Shown one piece after another: positions 34,571 to 47,548 of a DNA stretch of 64,000 nt. The stretch's first letter is position 1, and each line of letters opens with the position of its first letter. Origin of the DNA: Acanthaster planci (lineage: Eukaryota); the NCBI RefSeq assembly GCF_001949145.1, contig NW_019091358.1, positions 3,094,535 through 3,158,534 on the forward strand, in the 5' to 3' direction. The translations under genes and the position numbers were made by a program. The notes beneath the pieces are model-generated. The model saw only the letters and a program-made list of their open reading frames with translations. It ran no database searches and was not told the DNA's origin.

Positions 34571-36137
34571 ACAGGACGGGGTTCTATAAGGACAGTAGAC
34601 GCTCAGCGGTAAAAAAAAAAAAAAAAAAAAAGTGTCAACGGGATGCCAAACACAGTTTTGAAACAACGACTGCATAATTGTTCAGAATGTCCAGTGCATG
34701 ATGGATAGCTTTTCGAGAAACGACGGGGAGAAGTGATGCTTTGGGGTAGGTGGGTTCAATTTGTTCTTGGTATGCCCTCTGAAAATACTTAACTCATCTC
34801 CCGCATATAAAGCAAGGAACTCACATACTGGACACTATTTATTACTGACCGAACATTGGTGCCCCCCTCCAATCCACCACTTCACAAAGGGTAGCGCCCT
34901 CACCTTCAAAGAGGTCAAGGAAACAAGATCTGTATATGTTTTACATTCATTTTGGCCACTTTTTTTTAGCAGACTTAAGACTACTCATATTTAAAAGTCT
35001 TTTTATTCAGGGACCTTACAAACAAAGAGAAAGAAAGGCCAACTATTTCATTCCCTTTCCTCCCCAAAGCATTAAACAGAAGTCCCAAAATTTACCTTAT
35101 AAAAGCCACAAGGTGCATAGAAAAACCTTCAATTTAACCCTAAAGAGCCAGGTTATTTTGGCCCATCTCACAGCCGTTGTGCGGATACCCCTAAGAACTC
35201 GGCTGCACCACGCTGGATTTTTTTTTACTTCGCATGCACGTAAAGGCACTCCTTATCATTACAAATTTGAGGTTTGAAATCAATCATATATAAGGTTTTG
35301 TTGTTACGGTCATTAAGGTTAATGTATGCGTGCCAGCCTGCGTGCATTGAGCACCACAGGGGAAAAAGTATTTTGGCTGACCCGTCTCGGAAAAAGTGCG
35401 CTTCACAAGAACAGTGTAACATTCAATTTTCGCAAAATTAGCGTCAAATGACGTACTGCAAAGAGTTGCTCATTCCGCCCTGGCTCTTCTAGGGTTAACC
35501 CCCCCCCCAAAAAAACACCCGAAATTATTTTGGTTTGCCAAACCCCCCCCCCACTGATTTCTTAATTTGGCCCCACCCCTCTTTCCACTCAGAGCTTGCT
35601 TCCAATCGAAAATCCTCCAGAAGATACTGTTAAGTGACCCTTAATAGGGAGCAGTTAAACCACGGTTAAACCCGTGACGCGAGGCCGGGGAATCTTCAGA
35701 AGGATTCTGAATAATTATGCATAGCATGGTCAGTTACCCAACCGATATGATTCAAGACATGCGATAAAAGGGGAACCCCTTCGTGTCTTTTTTGTGTTGG
35801 TTGAATCTTTGAATTCCTTTCAGAATTCCGAAGGGGCTGCAATAGGCAGAATAGCCTTAGGGCATACACAGCTTGTGCATCCCATGAGGGTCCCCCTTTA
35901 CCGCACATGTTCAGGTGTCGTACCCAAGTACCAAGGACTTTTCGCACGTGACTGCTGATTAGGAAATCGTCTGGTTTTTGGACTTCTAACACAGTCTCCG
36001 AACCAGGATATACTGCCAAGAACACGACTATTGCCATCGATGTTGGAACAGTGGATAACGGCATGTAACCGAACTAACGTTGTTTCTACTGTTTCGGCCA
36101 AATCATTCAAACCTGTCATTTCCTGTGCAGTGCGACG

Positions 36138-39100
36138 ATGGCCCTCTGGGTGAAAAGGGGAACTCCACTTGTTTTCTGCATACTTTTGGCTTTGTTAGCG
36201 AAAGGTCTTGCCGCTGACAGAAAGGTACTAGTTTTTTAGGCCTTCCTGAACAGTAACTTACTCCCATGACTCCGCACCCATCATCATGATCATGCCCACG
36301 GTACCCACGGAACTGTCAGACCATGGAGGTAGAATTCTACCTCCATGGTCAGACTGTGGGGTCCGACGCGTCCCCCCAGAATTTCTGGGGATAACTGCTC
36401 CGTAGGCCTTACTGGGGCCATCTTTTTGATGGTTCCATACACTGTGGCATTTTGAAAATTGCCCTGTAAACGTCAAATGATTGTACCAGATAAAACATCC
36501 GTTTGCGCTCGCTTAATAAGCAAATCTTCACCTGAAGACCCTTGTATTGAAATTCTGCCTATATCGAACTACTGGGTTCGAGTGTATTTTGTAGCATTTA
36601 ACCTTTATTATTGTGAAAAAATGAGTTTTTTCTACCATCCTCGCCTCTCATCCCACAACGATCCGCACACATCTGCATTCTGTTGTAGCCGTACGTCACG
36701 TGACAAAAACAGACATAGCGTATTCGCGTAACAAACGTTTATGTTGCTTTGGATACCAGTCCTCATAAGATTATGCATAGAGACGTCTGAAAATCAGTGG
36801 TCGGGAAACCACACTAATCACATATCGGCTCAACCATTTTCAATAAATAAATCCCAGAATTACATGGAAATAAGACACCTTAATAGTCTCACAAATTCGC
36901 AACTGTATCTTCACAAAATCTTATCACTCCCTGAAGTACATATATATTTCTCAACATTTTAAATGTGCGTAAACAGCTAGCTTGACAAAGCAGTGTGTAT
37001 TGCGTGCCCTGACATAGCCGTCCCGTCCCCTTCCATTATAGGAATGAGGTCCCCAAATATACCTGTACAGTCCCCCATAACTGTGGCCTCCGCTGCACTC
37101 CCACATGAACGCAACGGACGACAAACCCCACAGTTTTGGGGGTACCCTTTGTCAACTCCTCCATCAATAGCAAGCCATGTGATGAGATATATGAAACACA
37201 GGCAACTTTTTGTCTTTGAAATCTGCCAGGCTATCCACAGAGGAGTATACAAAGGGCCCTGGTTACTAAAGACTGGTCTTGCCTGAGAGATGCCACAAAC
37301 TATTTCAATCCCCATTGAAAACATTCTAAAATGAACGAAGTTCAGGGCTCAATAACATGCAGGTTGACATCACAGAAGTTTCTCAAACAAAATTTGAATT
37401 ATTATTTTGACCCAAGTTTTTCCATTTCTTGTCAATGTTTTGGTTGATTAGCCAATTTTTCAATTAGGCCGATTCAAGCAAAACAAACTCACCCCTTCCA
37501 AAAAGGATAGTTTGAAAGCCCTGCTCTCGGGCACTGAGGACCATTTTCCATCCATAATTTTATCAACTCTGCCCTCGAATGGAGGCCCTTAAACCAGGGA
37601 GTTGATTCTTGCCTACATTTTTACAATCCTTCCATTTTTTTGGTCAAACAGTTTGCTGTTGGGGGACCCTTTAATGGCAGTGAGCTAAGCTGAATTTGAA
37701 TTAGTGCAATGCACCCCTCCCCCACGAAGGGGCTGGACATGACGACAGAAGGGAAAGTGATCTCATGGTTCTCCAACCCACAGAAGCAACTTGGCATTGC
37801 TTGCAGGGGAAAGATTTCCATACACAGACATAAACCCTGTGAGGCTGGTTTATAGCTGTACATGTATCTCTTTCTGATGGCTTCTTCGCCTTTTACTGGA
37901 TAAAATTTGTGATGTCCAAACATGGAACTTTTACCTGACTGTCCATAAATGTAATTGCTTCCAGTGTCCAAAAATGGCAAAGATGCTAAGAAATGCACTA
38001 GATTTCGGAGAGGGGGGACAGCCTGGATTTGAGATTCATCACGGGCCGTTTCAATAATTTTTGTGTATCCCCAAACTTACCTTGTTATTGTTTCACATTG
38101 CAGGATATTGAATTGTCTTTTATGTGATTTGTAGCTCTCAGGCCCCCAAAACACTCACTGTATATGTATGTTTAGTTAGAGATTTGCTGTACCAAAAGCA
38201 GTTCCAGACAGGTTCAGAGTCCAATCTCCACTGCCATTGTAAAAAAAAAGAAAAAAAGAATGGATTACTAAGTGGTAAGCAATGTGTCAACAACCTGAGA
38301 ATGCTCCAGACAGCTTCAATACATGTTTCATCACATTTAAAAGACTCTCACATCCTTTATTGTGTAAGAAACAGGGTGCATCCATGTCCAGATTCTCATA
38401 GGAACGTTTAAGGTTTTCACAAAAGTTGGAGGCCACCATCTGTCCATTCTTGATGGATCACATGTAAATAGGATAGCGAGCAGCTGGACAGTAGCGTCAT
38501 TTTCAACTTCAGTTGTATAACTTTTTCAACTTCAGTTGTATAAGTTATAGGTTTGACGGTATTATTTCACCAGCTAAGCATCACATATAATGAGCAGTGC
38601 GACATTCCAGAATGCATGGGTTCCCACTTGGACAACCAGCCCAACTTGGTGCACGTCACCGGGACAGGAGACAATGACACGGTCCACTTCCTGTGGAGTT
38701 CCATTGGCACCCCCACATTCCTCTTGGCAAGAACGACCCACGAGGCTCAACTTGTCGTCAACTGGGCAGCCTTGCTTCAGGACACCACGACAGGCTCCAT
38801 CTCATTCAAACCGGCTGACTCGGTGCTTTACTCGTCAGCTTTGATGTTTACCAAGGTATTTTTATCTGGAACTGATGTTTCAATCACCTGAATAAATTCC
38901 TGCCTACTGATTCCTTGTAGCAGCTATTTTGTGTCAAGAGCCATCTTCAACCTGTGCCAACTCAGATTGTGTAACCTTGCAAATAATGGAAGGGATTTGG
39001 ATTGACTATTGATTTGAAATTTAAAGACTGCAAAACAGAATGCTCTGTTTTTTGTTTTTGTTTTTTTTGTTTTTGCGGTACAGCTGCCCACGTATGGGGA

Positions 39101-42100
39101 TGAGTAATTCATGTCACATGATCAGTTATCCACCAATCAGATGATGGGGTTTTACATATTCACTGCATTACGTTCTCTCTCAATAGTCCATGTGCATATC
39201 GGAACTTTATTGTTTTAAAGGACCAAATAGAATGAGCCTGTTCGTTATTTCTAGCAGCTCATGCACAACATGAAGCATGTTGCAGGGACCTCTAACATAA
39301 CGATTTCACGCTGTGTTACAGGTGTGCTTTCCTGGGGCTGTGAGATGGGACATGACCCATTAAGCCCCCGTTGGAAAGTGCACGTGTCAACAAAGCATAA
39401 CATCAGTATATTTCAGGTTTGTTTCAGTGAAGTACAGTACCTCCATACATGTATCAACAGGGTTGAGCTGTTGTGCTCTGAATTAATCTCAGCTGGTGGG
39501 ATTTTTATCCTGTCTAGATTTGTTGTCTCATAGGAAAACCCGATTGACTCCTTAAGAGAAATTATTTCAACCAGTGGTGAACTCTTTGGAGAGTTTCACT
39601 GAAAGCTGGCAAAGTAACTGTGCTGTGTCCTTCATATTGACCAGAAAGGATTTAAAGACAGTTTATGATTCAGAGCCGCTTGATCATGTGAAAAGGCTGG
39701 TTTGTACTTAGCAGGAAAAAGGGCGTGAATACCAATTTTATGTCGCAGTGTAGTCATGGCAGTTCTAAGAAAGCGAAAATGAGTTCAACTTTAGTGAATG
39801 CCCAGTGCAAACTCTTGATATCATAGGTTTGCATTCGGTGGTAGATGCTTTTGCCTGCTAGTGTGTCTATGGGGGATTACAGAATAATACAAAGCCACTG
39901 TAAGGTACACTGCTATACCAACCAATTGGTTGTACTGAACATGCCCCTTGGCTGGGGCACAAATTTTCTGTGCACTTTTATGCAACACCGAAAATATGCT
40001 GTAGATAAACAAAACATATTTAGGACTGATAATGATGACTCAAGATCCAAGAAGCATCTTAATCCCGAAAGAAAAATGGTGAGCACTTGGCACAGCTGAT
40101 ATCGTTTGTAGGTACAGTGGGCCTACTGTACCTACAAATGTGCAGGCATACGGGTACAAAACTCTGGCGTGTTATTGCTACAAAAGCAAGGCTTTTTACT
40201 TTGAAAACTCATCTATACAGAAAATTCAGTCACAGATGCGCAGACGGATTAACGTTTGCAACTTGACTGACAGAACTCTTTGTTCTGTATTTTGCTAATT
40301 TTGGATCTTTTTCAACGATTGCCAACTTTTCATATGTTGCTGAGACTCAAGTACTATAGAATGGTTTCAGGCACATCTGTCATGGTTGTACATAAGCAGT
40401 GGAAAACAGTGCAACCATGATGCTTGTCACATGCAATTTTTAGGTTATAGTGCACAGAAACCCATAGGAAACTTTATTTCATCGTGCGATATGACTTCCG
40501 TGGAGAACACCCAGAAGGTGAATATGGGAGAAGATTAACGTGCGTTGAAGAAAAGCATGAATTGTTGGTGTTGTTTTATTGTTGGTTTTTCATGTTTTTT
40601 CATTGTATATATTTTTTTGCATTGAAAGTGTTGGCCCAAAATCCTTATGTGGGCCAGAGCCAGGAACTGATCCATCGTTGTGTCAGTGACTGAAAATTGC
40701 CATATCTAACGACTGCTTTAGCAAGCATTTTGCATGAACCCTATTGTGTTTGTTACAGCAGCATTGCAAAGTATATGAACACGAGCAAAATCTCTCCTTG
40801 GATCCTTGCAGTTAATAGAGTACAATGACACAGAGGACGACGGCATGATGAAATCAAAAGATGTCCTGGTGCCGACTGTCCTGAACGGGCTGCAATGGCA
40901 AAACACCACCATCAATCAGACAGAGTTTAGTGCCATGTTCAACACTTCGCTGGGAGAGCTGGGAGATTATGGAACCATAGCCATGAAAGTGAGTCACACT
41001 GTACATGTATGCCCTTGGTTAGCTCGGGGGATAAGCCTTTCCCAGTAACATTATTTTGAACCTCGTTTGAAGTGTTTATTATGTGTAACAATCGATTCTA
41101 TTTTAGCATTTCAAGAGACAGTATGATCACACTTGTGGTTGAAATGTTCACATGCACTTGGACGGAAAATGCTCAATTACAATTTCTACCAAAGTGCCGA
41201 TTCTTGGAAATCAATTATTTCGCTATAGCTGATGGGCTAGCACGTCCACTTTGTTGACTTAAACCTGAAAATAATTTTTGAAAATACAGTAGATAATCTG
41301 ATTGTAGAAGAGGAACGATTGCCAGGAATACACTTATAGTCTGAGTGTATGTAAACTTTCAACCTGAGTAGTAAGGACTGATCTGATTAAGGTCCCAGGT
41401 TGTCAATTTACATAAACATTATTGGTAATGTGAAAAAGACTCATCCGATGAGATGCCATTTCTGTGATGACACCACATGCACCTGACAAGTCACAAGATT
41501 GTAGTTGTCAGAGATGAGTCATTTTCTTCTTGTTTATTTGGTGTTTTATCGATGGTTCTTGCTTGTTTCCGGTCATCAGTTGACGGCATTCAGCGACAGC
41601 GGTCGACTGACATCACTGCCACACCTTCCACACACAGAAAACAGCACTCAGCTAGATCTGACCATGCAGAATTTGACGTCGAATTATGTCAACACCCGCT
41701 TTGCTCTTGAGATGATGGTGGTTGGGAGCAGTAATGGGTCAGGCGGAGTGGAGCTGAAGCAAGATACAACCATTGACGACCAGTACACCCCTGGTACATT
41801 TTCAGTGAGTGTTGTTGAATTTTTCAGAGCAGCATGAACAGGTTTATGGTGTAGTGTATTGTTGCTGATATAAGCATTTTTTTCTCAGTGGATGCAACAA
41901 CGCTGCTCCAAATCTTAAGATGGATGTCCTTTTTTTTGGACCAACTCCCAACTGGGGGATGGGGATTGTTGCCATACCTGATTTTTCTGAAACTCTGTAT
42001 GCATGTAAGGACACTCATTATCAGTACAACTGCCAAGTTTTAAGTCAATCCAGTGTATGCTTTGGTGTTGTCACGGTCATTTGAATTACCTGGCCGACCT

Positions 42101-45100
42101 GTGTCAGCCCCTGTGTGTCAGTTGAGCCTATCTGTGGAACGACTATGCATCTCAGCGCATTTGAACATACCTGTATGAAATTTGCGCTCAATAAATGAAC
42201 AGATTATTATTAATAAATTTTTATTTTTCCCCGTTATGGGAAAAAGGGCTTTGTGTAAGAATAGTACATTTGATTTTCACAGAACATCTGAAAGACATTA
42301 CTGAAAAATGCCCTAAGGCTCAGCATAAGAAAACATGCACTGCAATGATGCAGAAGAAAATCCCCCCCAGCTCTTTGGGTTAAGCCCACCGCACATCTTT
42401 GCTGCTTCACTCTCCGTGGTCAAGGTGCACATACGTCTGTAAACTGCAATGACTTATGGAACTGTCTTCATTCATTGCCTCAACTGAGGATAGTGAATTG
42501 GCTGAATTGGAAAGATGTGCAGAGGGCTTTTATTCCAATTCGTTTTTTTCCCAAAAAATTCAAGATTGTGATAAAAAAGAAACGTTTGTCTTAACTGAAC
42601 TCTTGGCACTGTTTTTTACTTTCTGACAAGGTTTTAAATCTGAAACTGCCAAACTCACCAGAAGGAAGTTATCTACAGTGGAAGCCAGTTTCCTATGTCT
42701 TGACCGAGCGGACAATGGAGAATGCACGCCATGTGAGTCATTTCTGGTCAAACTTAGCCCAGCTTGTGCTCGTCCTTGTACCAGAAACACTGGGCCAAGT
42801 TGATACAGTTCATCATGCAGAGATTTGCCGAGCGTAGACAATACTTGCACTGTAAATTAATAGTCAATAGCCAAACTGTCGTGCAGTCTTGGACAGGTTT
42901 GGGTGTGAACTATAATTTGGACCACCATTCCATTGCTTTTAAACAATATGCACGTGCAATACAGCCACACTGGAATGGGCCTAGTTCAACTGTTTTGTTA
43001 CCACTCGTTTCATAATCACTCACATTTCATTTTGCTATTGGCTGCAACTCTCCGGGTGTCTTCGCTGTTCATGGCATCTTCAACAATTATTTTCATGTGA
43101 ATGATTCCTTTTGTATTGAAAATTATATTAAAGCTGTTGATAGCTGAATTTAACATTTTTTGGATCGGCACAGACATTTTCCAAGTAGTGTTTTCTGCCT
43201 GGCAACTCTGTGAAAGTAGGTTCTCACTGTATGCTGGCCTTCTGAAATCATTTACAGTGGACCTTTTTTTTAATTTTACAAATAATCTTCATCTGTAGCA
43301 TGGCTTCTTTTAATTATTCAAGTTACCACTTTTTTTTTCTTGGTGGGGGGATTCGGTTTGGTGCGTTTTTTTTTTCATGAAGATGTTAGTAGTTGTCAGG
43401 AGGTCTCTGACTAATGCCTGCTCAAAGCTGCTTAGAAAGAGTTCGTTGCCAGCCTGGTGGAAGTACTCAGCGTAAGGGTTCAGATTATTTTCTTTAATAA
43501 AAGTTGACAGTTAGTTTCCCTTGTTTTTGTTTTGTGAAAGGTGTATCAGTACAACCTGGACACAAAAAGGGACCAGATCAAGATGCCAAATGCCAGCATT
43601 GCTCATGCCTTCTTCTCTGCGGCTGAAATGGTGCAGGTCGGAGCCGTGAATATCTCCTTTGGAATCACCAAAGATGGTTTTTTTAAGAAAACCAACTACA
43701 CTTCATGGTGAGGGGCCGATGCTATAAACCTTTTTCCATTAAAAAAATTGAGTTTAGGTTTTCTTTTGGGGGGGGGAATCCTTTTTTTCTGCTCACTCTG
43801 ACTTTAAATATTGAAAATATTGGTTTATGTTTATTTTCAATTTTTTTCAGTGGTTTTTAAAAGTGCATTAACTACCTGGATTGATGTAAAAATGTGTCAA
43901 AAATTTATGATAAAATGTTTTGTGGAAATGTTGTTGCCTGGTAGTGTTAGCCTTCTGTTTTTCATACAGTAGGTTGCCAGCAAAACTTTTCAAGAAATAG
44001 GCATGAATATTGACAACTTGATGCATCCCCTACGAGCGGGAACAAGAGAGGGCGTATTTTTACGTAGCAAAGATAATCCTTTGGTGGGATCTCACTCAGT
44101 GCTTGTGCAGTTTCGTGTGCGTTTGGTGCCAGACATCCTGAGCACTTGCAACCAATTTTTGTTTGAATATATGATCTTTGCATGTGTGCCAGGCACTTGT
44201 GAAGCTCAGTTGAAAGAACTACCCACCAGCCTTTCTCCTCTTTGCCGGTGAGGGCGCACTTCTACATGCATGTATCATAACATATGTCTTTTATTGTCAT
44301 AAATTCAACCCGTTTTTGAACCTGTAGGGGCTGCTAAACACACAAACAGCAGCAGCAGAACTGACTGACTTTTTTGAGCTTGGCATCAAAATTGTGAAAT
44401 GCCTTCCATGCCAGTGATTAGAATATCCACAGCAGCATGAGATTCCAGTGAGCCGGCCAGCCCTGCCTGGCAGATCGGCGTGCTGGGTTGAAGAGTGATA
44501 AAGGGTCCATTCATAAATACCACAGACAGTCTCCCTACCCAACAGTGTGCAACTTAACCATGTAACATTTGATAATGCCCGCTGAGAAGTGATAATGCCC
44601 GATGCATACGTCACACGCTGGCAATCTGGATTCGAGACAGTTTCATTGATTCTGACTGGTCATCAGTCTGTGTGCCTGTGGCTCGTCACACGTCCGCCAA
44701 GTCCATACGCATGTAGGGAGATTCTTTTGGACAACTATAAGGGCCTTTTTGTTCCACACAGATCTCGATCATTTATCCTTATGCTGGGTCACACCATCCA
44801 TTAAGCGAGTTTTTGTGTCNNNNNNNNNNNNNNNNNNNNNNNNNNNNNNNNNNNNNNNNNNNNNNNNNNNNNNNNNNNNNNNNNNNNNNNNNNNNNNNNN
44901 NNNNNNNNNNNNNNNNNNNNNNNNNNNNNNNNNNNNNNNNNNNNNNNNNNNNNNNNNNNNNNNNNNNNNNNNNNNNNNNNNNNNNNNNNNNNNNNNNNNN
45001 NNNNNNNNNNNNNNNNNNNNNNNNNNNNNNNNNNNNNNNNNNNNNNNNNNNNNNNNNNNNNNNNNNNNNNNNNNNNNNNNNNNNNNNNNNNNNNNNNNNN

Positions 45101-46652
45101 NNNNNNNNNNNNNNNNNNNNNNNNNNNNNNNNNNNNNNNNNNNNNNNNNNNNNNNNNNNNNNNNNNNNNNNNNNNNNNNNNNNNNNNNNNNNNNNNNNNN
45201 NNNNNNNNNNNNNNNNNNNNNNNNNNNNNNNNNNNNNNNNNNNNNNNNNNNNNNNNNNNNNNNNNNNNNNNNNNNNNNNNNNNNNNNNNNNNNNNNNNNN
45301 NNNNNNNNNNNNNNNNNNNNNNNNNNNNNNNNNNNNNNNNNNNNNNNNNNNNNNNNNNNNNNNNNNNNNNNNNNNNNNNNNNNNNNNNNNNNNNNNNNNN
45401 NNNNNNNNNNNNNNNNNNNNNNNNNNNNNNNNNNNNNNNNNNNNNNNNNNNNNNNNNNNNNNNNNNNNNNNNNNNNNNNNNNNNNNNNNNNNNNNNNNNN
45501 NNNNNNNNNNNNNNNNNNNNNNNNNNNNNNNNNNNNNNNNNNNNNNNNNNNNNNNNNNNNNNNNNNNNNNNNNNNNNNNNNNNNNNNNNNNNNNNNNNNN
45601 NNNNNNNNNNNNNNNGATACACGGATATTATTTGCTAGTTTTCCATCGTTATTGCCTGAGTAGCACTGTGTAAATTGTCCGTAATCCTTGTGGATTATCG
45701 ACTATAGAAATTTTTACACAGATTAACACAGGTGTTCATCACTTTTTAAATAATTTGGGAAGCTGTCGTCCCCATTCATGCCATTCAATCAGCACAAAAA
45801 AAATTCCCCCCAAACAAAAAAATTTTCTGACCTACCGACCAATTGTGTAATCGGAAGCACAACTATTTATGTGGCCAAATAAAAGACTGCGTGTATGCAG
45901 TGGGCCAAAGTAAACCATAATAATCGTGGATTCTGAGAAATCTTGGGCAAGTGTTGATCCAATTTGGGCAAACAAATTTATGGCATGGCCTGCCCTATTG
46001 GGCAAGCCAAAAAAACTACCAGCAAAACATGTGAAAGATGAGATGTATTCCAACAAACGTTGGAAACATGAGATGTACAGGATGTAGTTTTTATCAAATG
46101 TTAGAATAATTGATCTATTTGAAAAGCAGTTCACACAAACTGAAATGAATCAGAGTGAATAACATGTTTTTTAGTCATCTCTTTTTTTAAACAAATTTTC
46201 CTGCCAAAATACATAATGTTGGCTCAAATTTGTGGAATGGCTATAAAATCAAATATTTGGCTACAACTTTGGCTATTAATTGAAGTTTTCCAGCTGTAAC
46301 CCTGAGTGGGCCCTTATAGTAAGCAATAACTGAGTGCTTTCTGGGTAACCTTATTTCCACAAGCTCTTGAAAAGTTCTGAGTGTGTGTGGCTGAATAAAT
46401 AATTTACATTAAAGGAATGAAAGACCAAATCCACCACAGTTCCTTAATTTTGTTGTTTTTTTCCCTCTTGTTGCCAGGTCAGCTTCCTTTGGTTACGGAA
46501 AGCCACCTGAAGAGTACATGACCCTGACTGTCTACATCGTCATATCGGTAGGCCTGGGTCTTCCTCTGATCATCGTAGTGTTTGGTGGAACAGGCGTCTG
46601 CATCTCCAAGCACAGGCAAAAGAAGAGGAACAGGTCACTCCTGACCAACTAG
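36138..46652 (+). CDS. GLMP: Glycosylated lysosomal membrane protein (GLMP/NCU-G1/C1orf85 family), 404 aa, 7 coding exons
   Basis: Exons 36138-36224 (signal peptide MALWVKRGTPLVFCILLALLAKGLAA), 38574-38855 (NLVHVTGTGDNDTVHFLWSSIGTPTFLL..YSSALMFTK), 40812-40988 (LIEYNDT), 41580-41804 (LPHLPHTENSTQLD..RFALEM..TIDDQYTPGTF), 42631-42732 (YLQWKPVSY), 43541-43707 (SIAHAFF..NISFG..DGFFKKTNYTS) and 46478-46652 (W..GYGKPP, TM helix VISVGLGLPLIIVVFGG, short tail). Many N-glycosylation sequons; motifs match the NCU-G1 family. Confidence 0.93.
36315..36354. mobile_element. 26-bp perfect palindrome with 7-bp TSD (P-superfamily-like minimal element or excision footprint)
   Basis: GTCAGAC|CATGGAGGTAGAATTCTACCTCCATG|GTCAGAC. 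Confidence 0.7.
44820..45615. other. Assembly gap (796 N) inside GLMP intron 6
   Basis: Run of N. The flanking exons join in phase (TG|G = Trp) in a contiguous conserved motif, so a missing coding exon is unlikely. Confidence 0.99.
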
Positions 46653-46802
46653 GCTGAGATAGGTTATGCTTCAGTGAGCCAGAAAGGTAAGGTCGTTCGG
46701 GTACAAAGTGCACACATGAGTTTGTGTAGAGGTGCACTGATAGGACAGATTGTCCCACATGTGCCCCTGGTCCCAAAGAACCTCGGACGCACTTCAATTT
46801 AG

Positions 46803-47548
46803 TAAGCACCGTCGATATATTGATATATCAATATTATTGATATGGGGTTGATATCGATATCATCAATGTTAGTCACAGTATATTTGGTAATATCGAGATA
46901 TCGAAAATATCGGATTTTGGATAAATATCGAAAAAATATCGAAATTTAGAGAACATCGAAACTGAAAAATGTATGGAATATGTCGCTACTGAGGAACGAA
47001 CTGTGTTAAAAAATATGAAAGTGCATCGTCACATTACCGTCATTTTTCGATAAGCCACTGCTCACATTGGTTCTCACACTGAGTAAAAATCGTCCTCGTA
47101 GCTTATACTGTGGGCGGCTTATACGGCAACATTTGAAGAATAAATTCAGTCACCTATCTCAGTCTGGCAATCAATAATTCGCATACACTTTGCCTCGAAA
47201 ATATCACAAAATTTATCCTCCAAAAAGAGAATTATTTGCCAACCAAGCGTACGTAGAGTAGCACCACGTGCTGATGATATCGCTATGTACGGCAGCGTGT
47301 ATCCCATCCCATGTAGGCAACGCACGCAATACGGACGCTAGAACATGTCATCAAAGTGAATTGGATCACACCATTACTGTATAGGGGGCCGTTGTACCCT
47401 TAAAACAATTTACCAGCAATTCACGCCTACTATAATACCTTGAAAATTAAAATGAATAAATGAATAAAATTCGATATATTGATAATATCGCTATAAAAAA
47501 AAAAAAGATAAATCGGTGTTGTCCAAAATACGATATTGGCAGTGCCTA
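46803..47548. mobile_element. Non-autonomous hAT element, 746 bp
   Basis: TIRs TAAGCACCGTCGATAT / ATATTGGCAGTGCCTA, dense subterminal (C)GATAT(CG) repeats at both ends, and an 8-bp TSD CAATTTAG / CAGTTTAG (7/8 match). Confidence 0.85.

Noticed and set aside
44749..45673. Three long ORFs (273-304 aa) in the ORF track
   Set aside because: Artefacts of translating the N gap.
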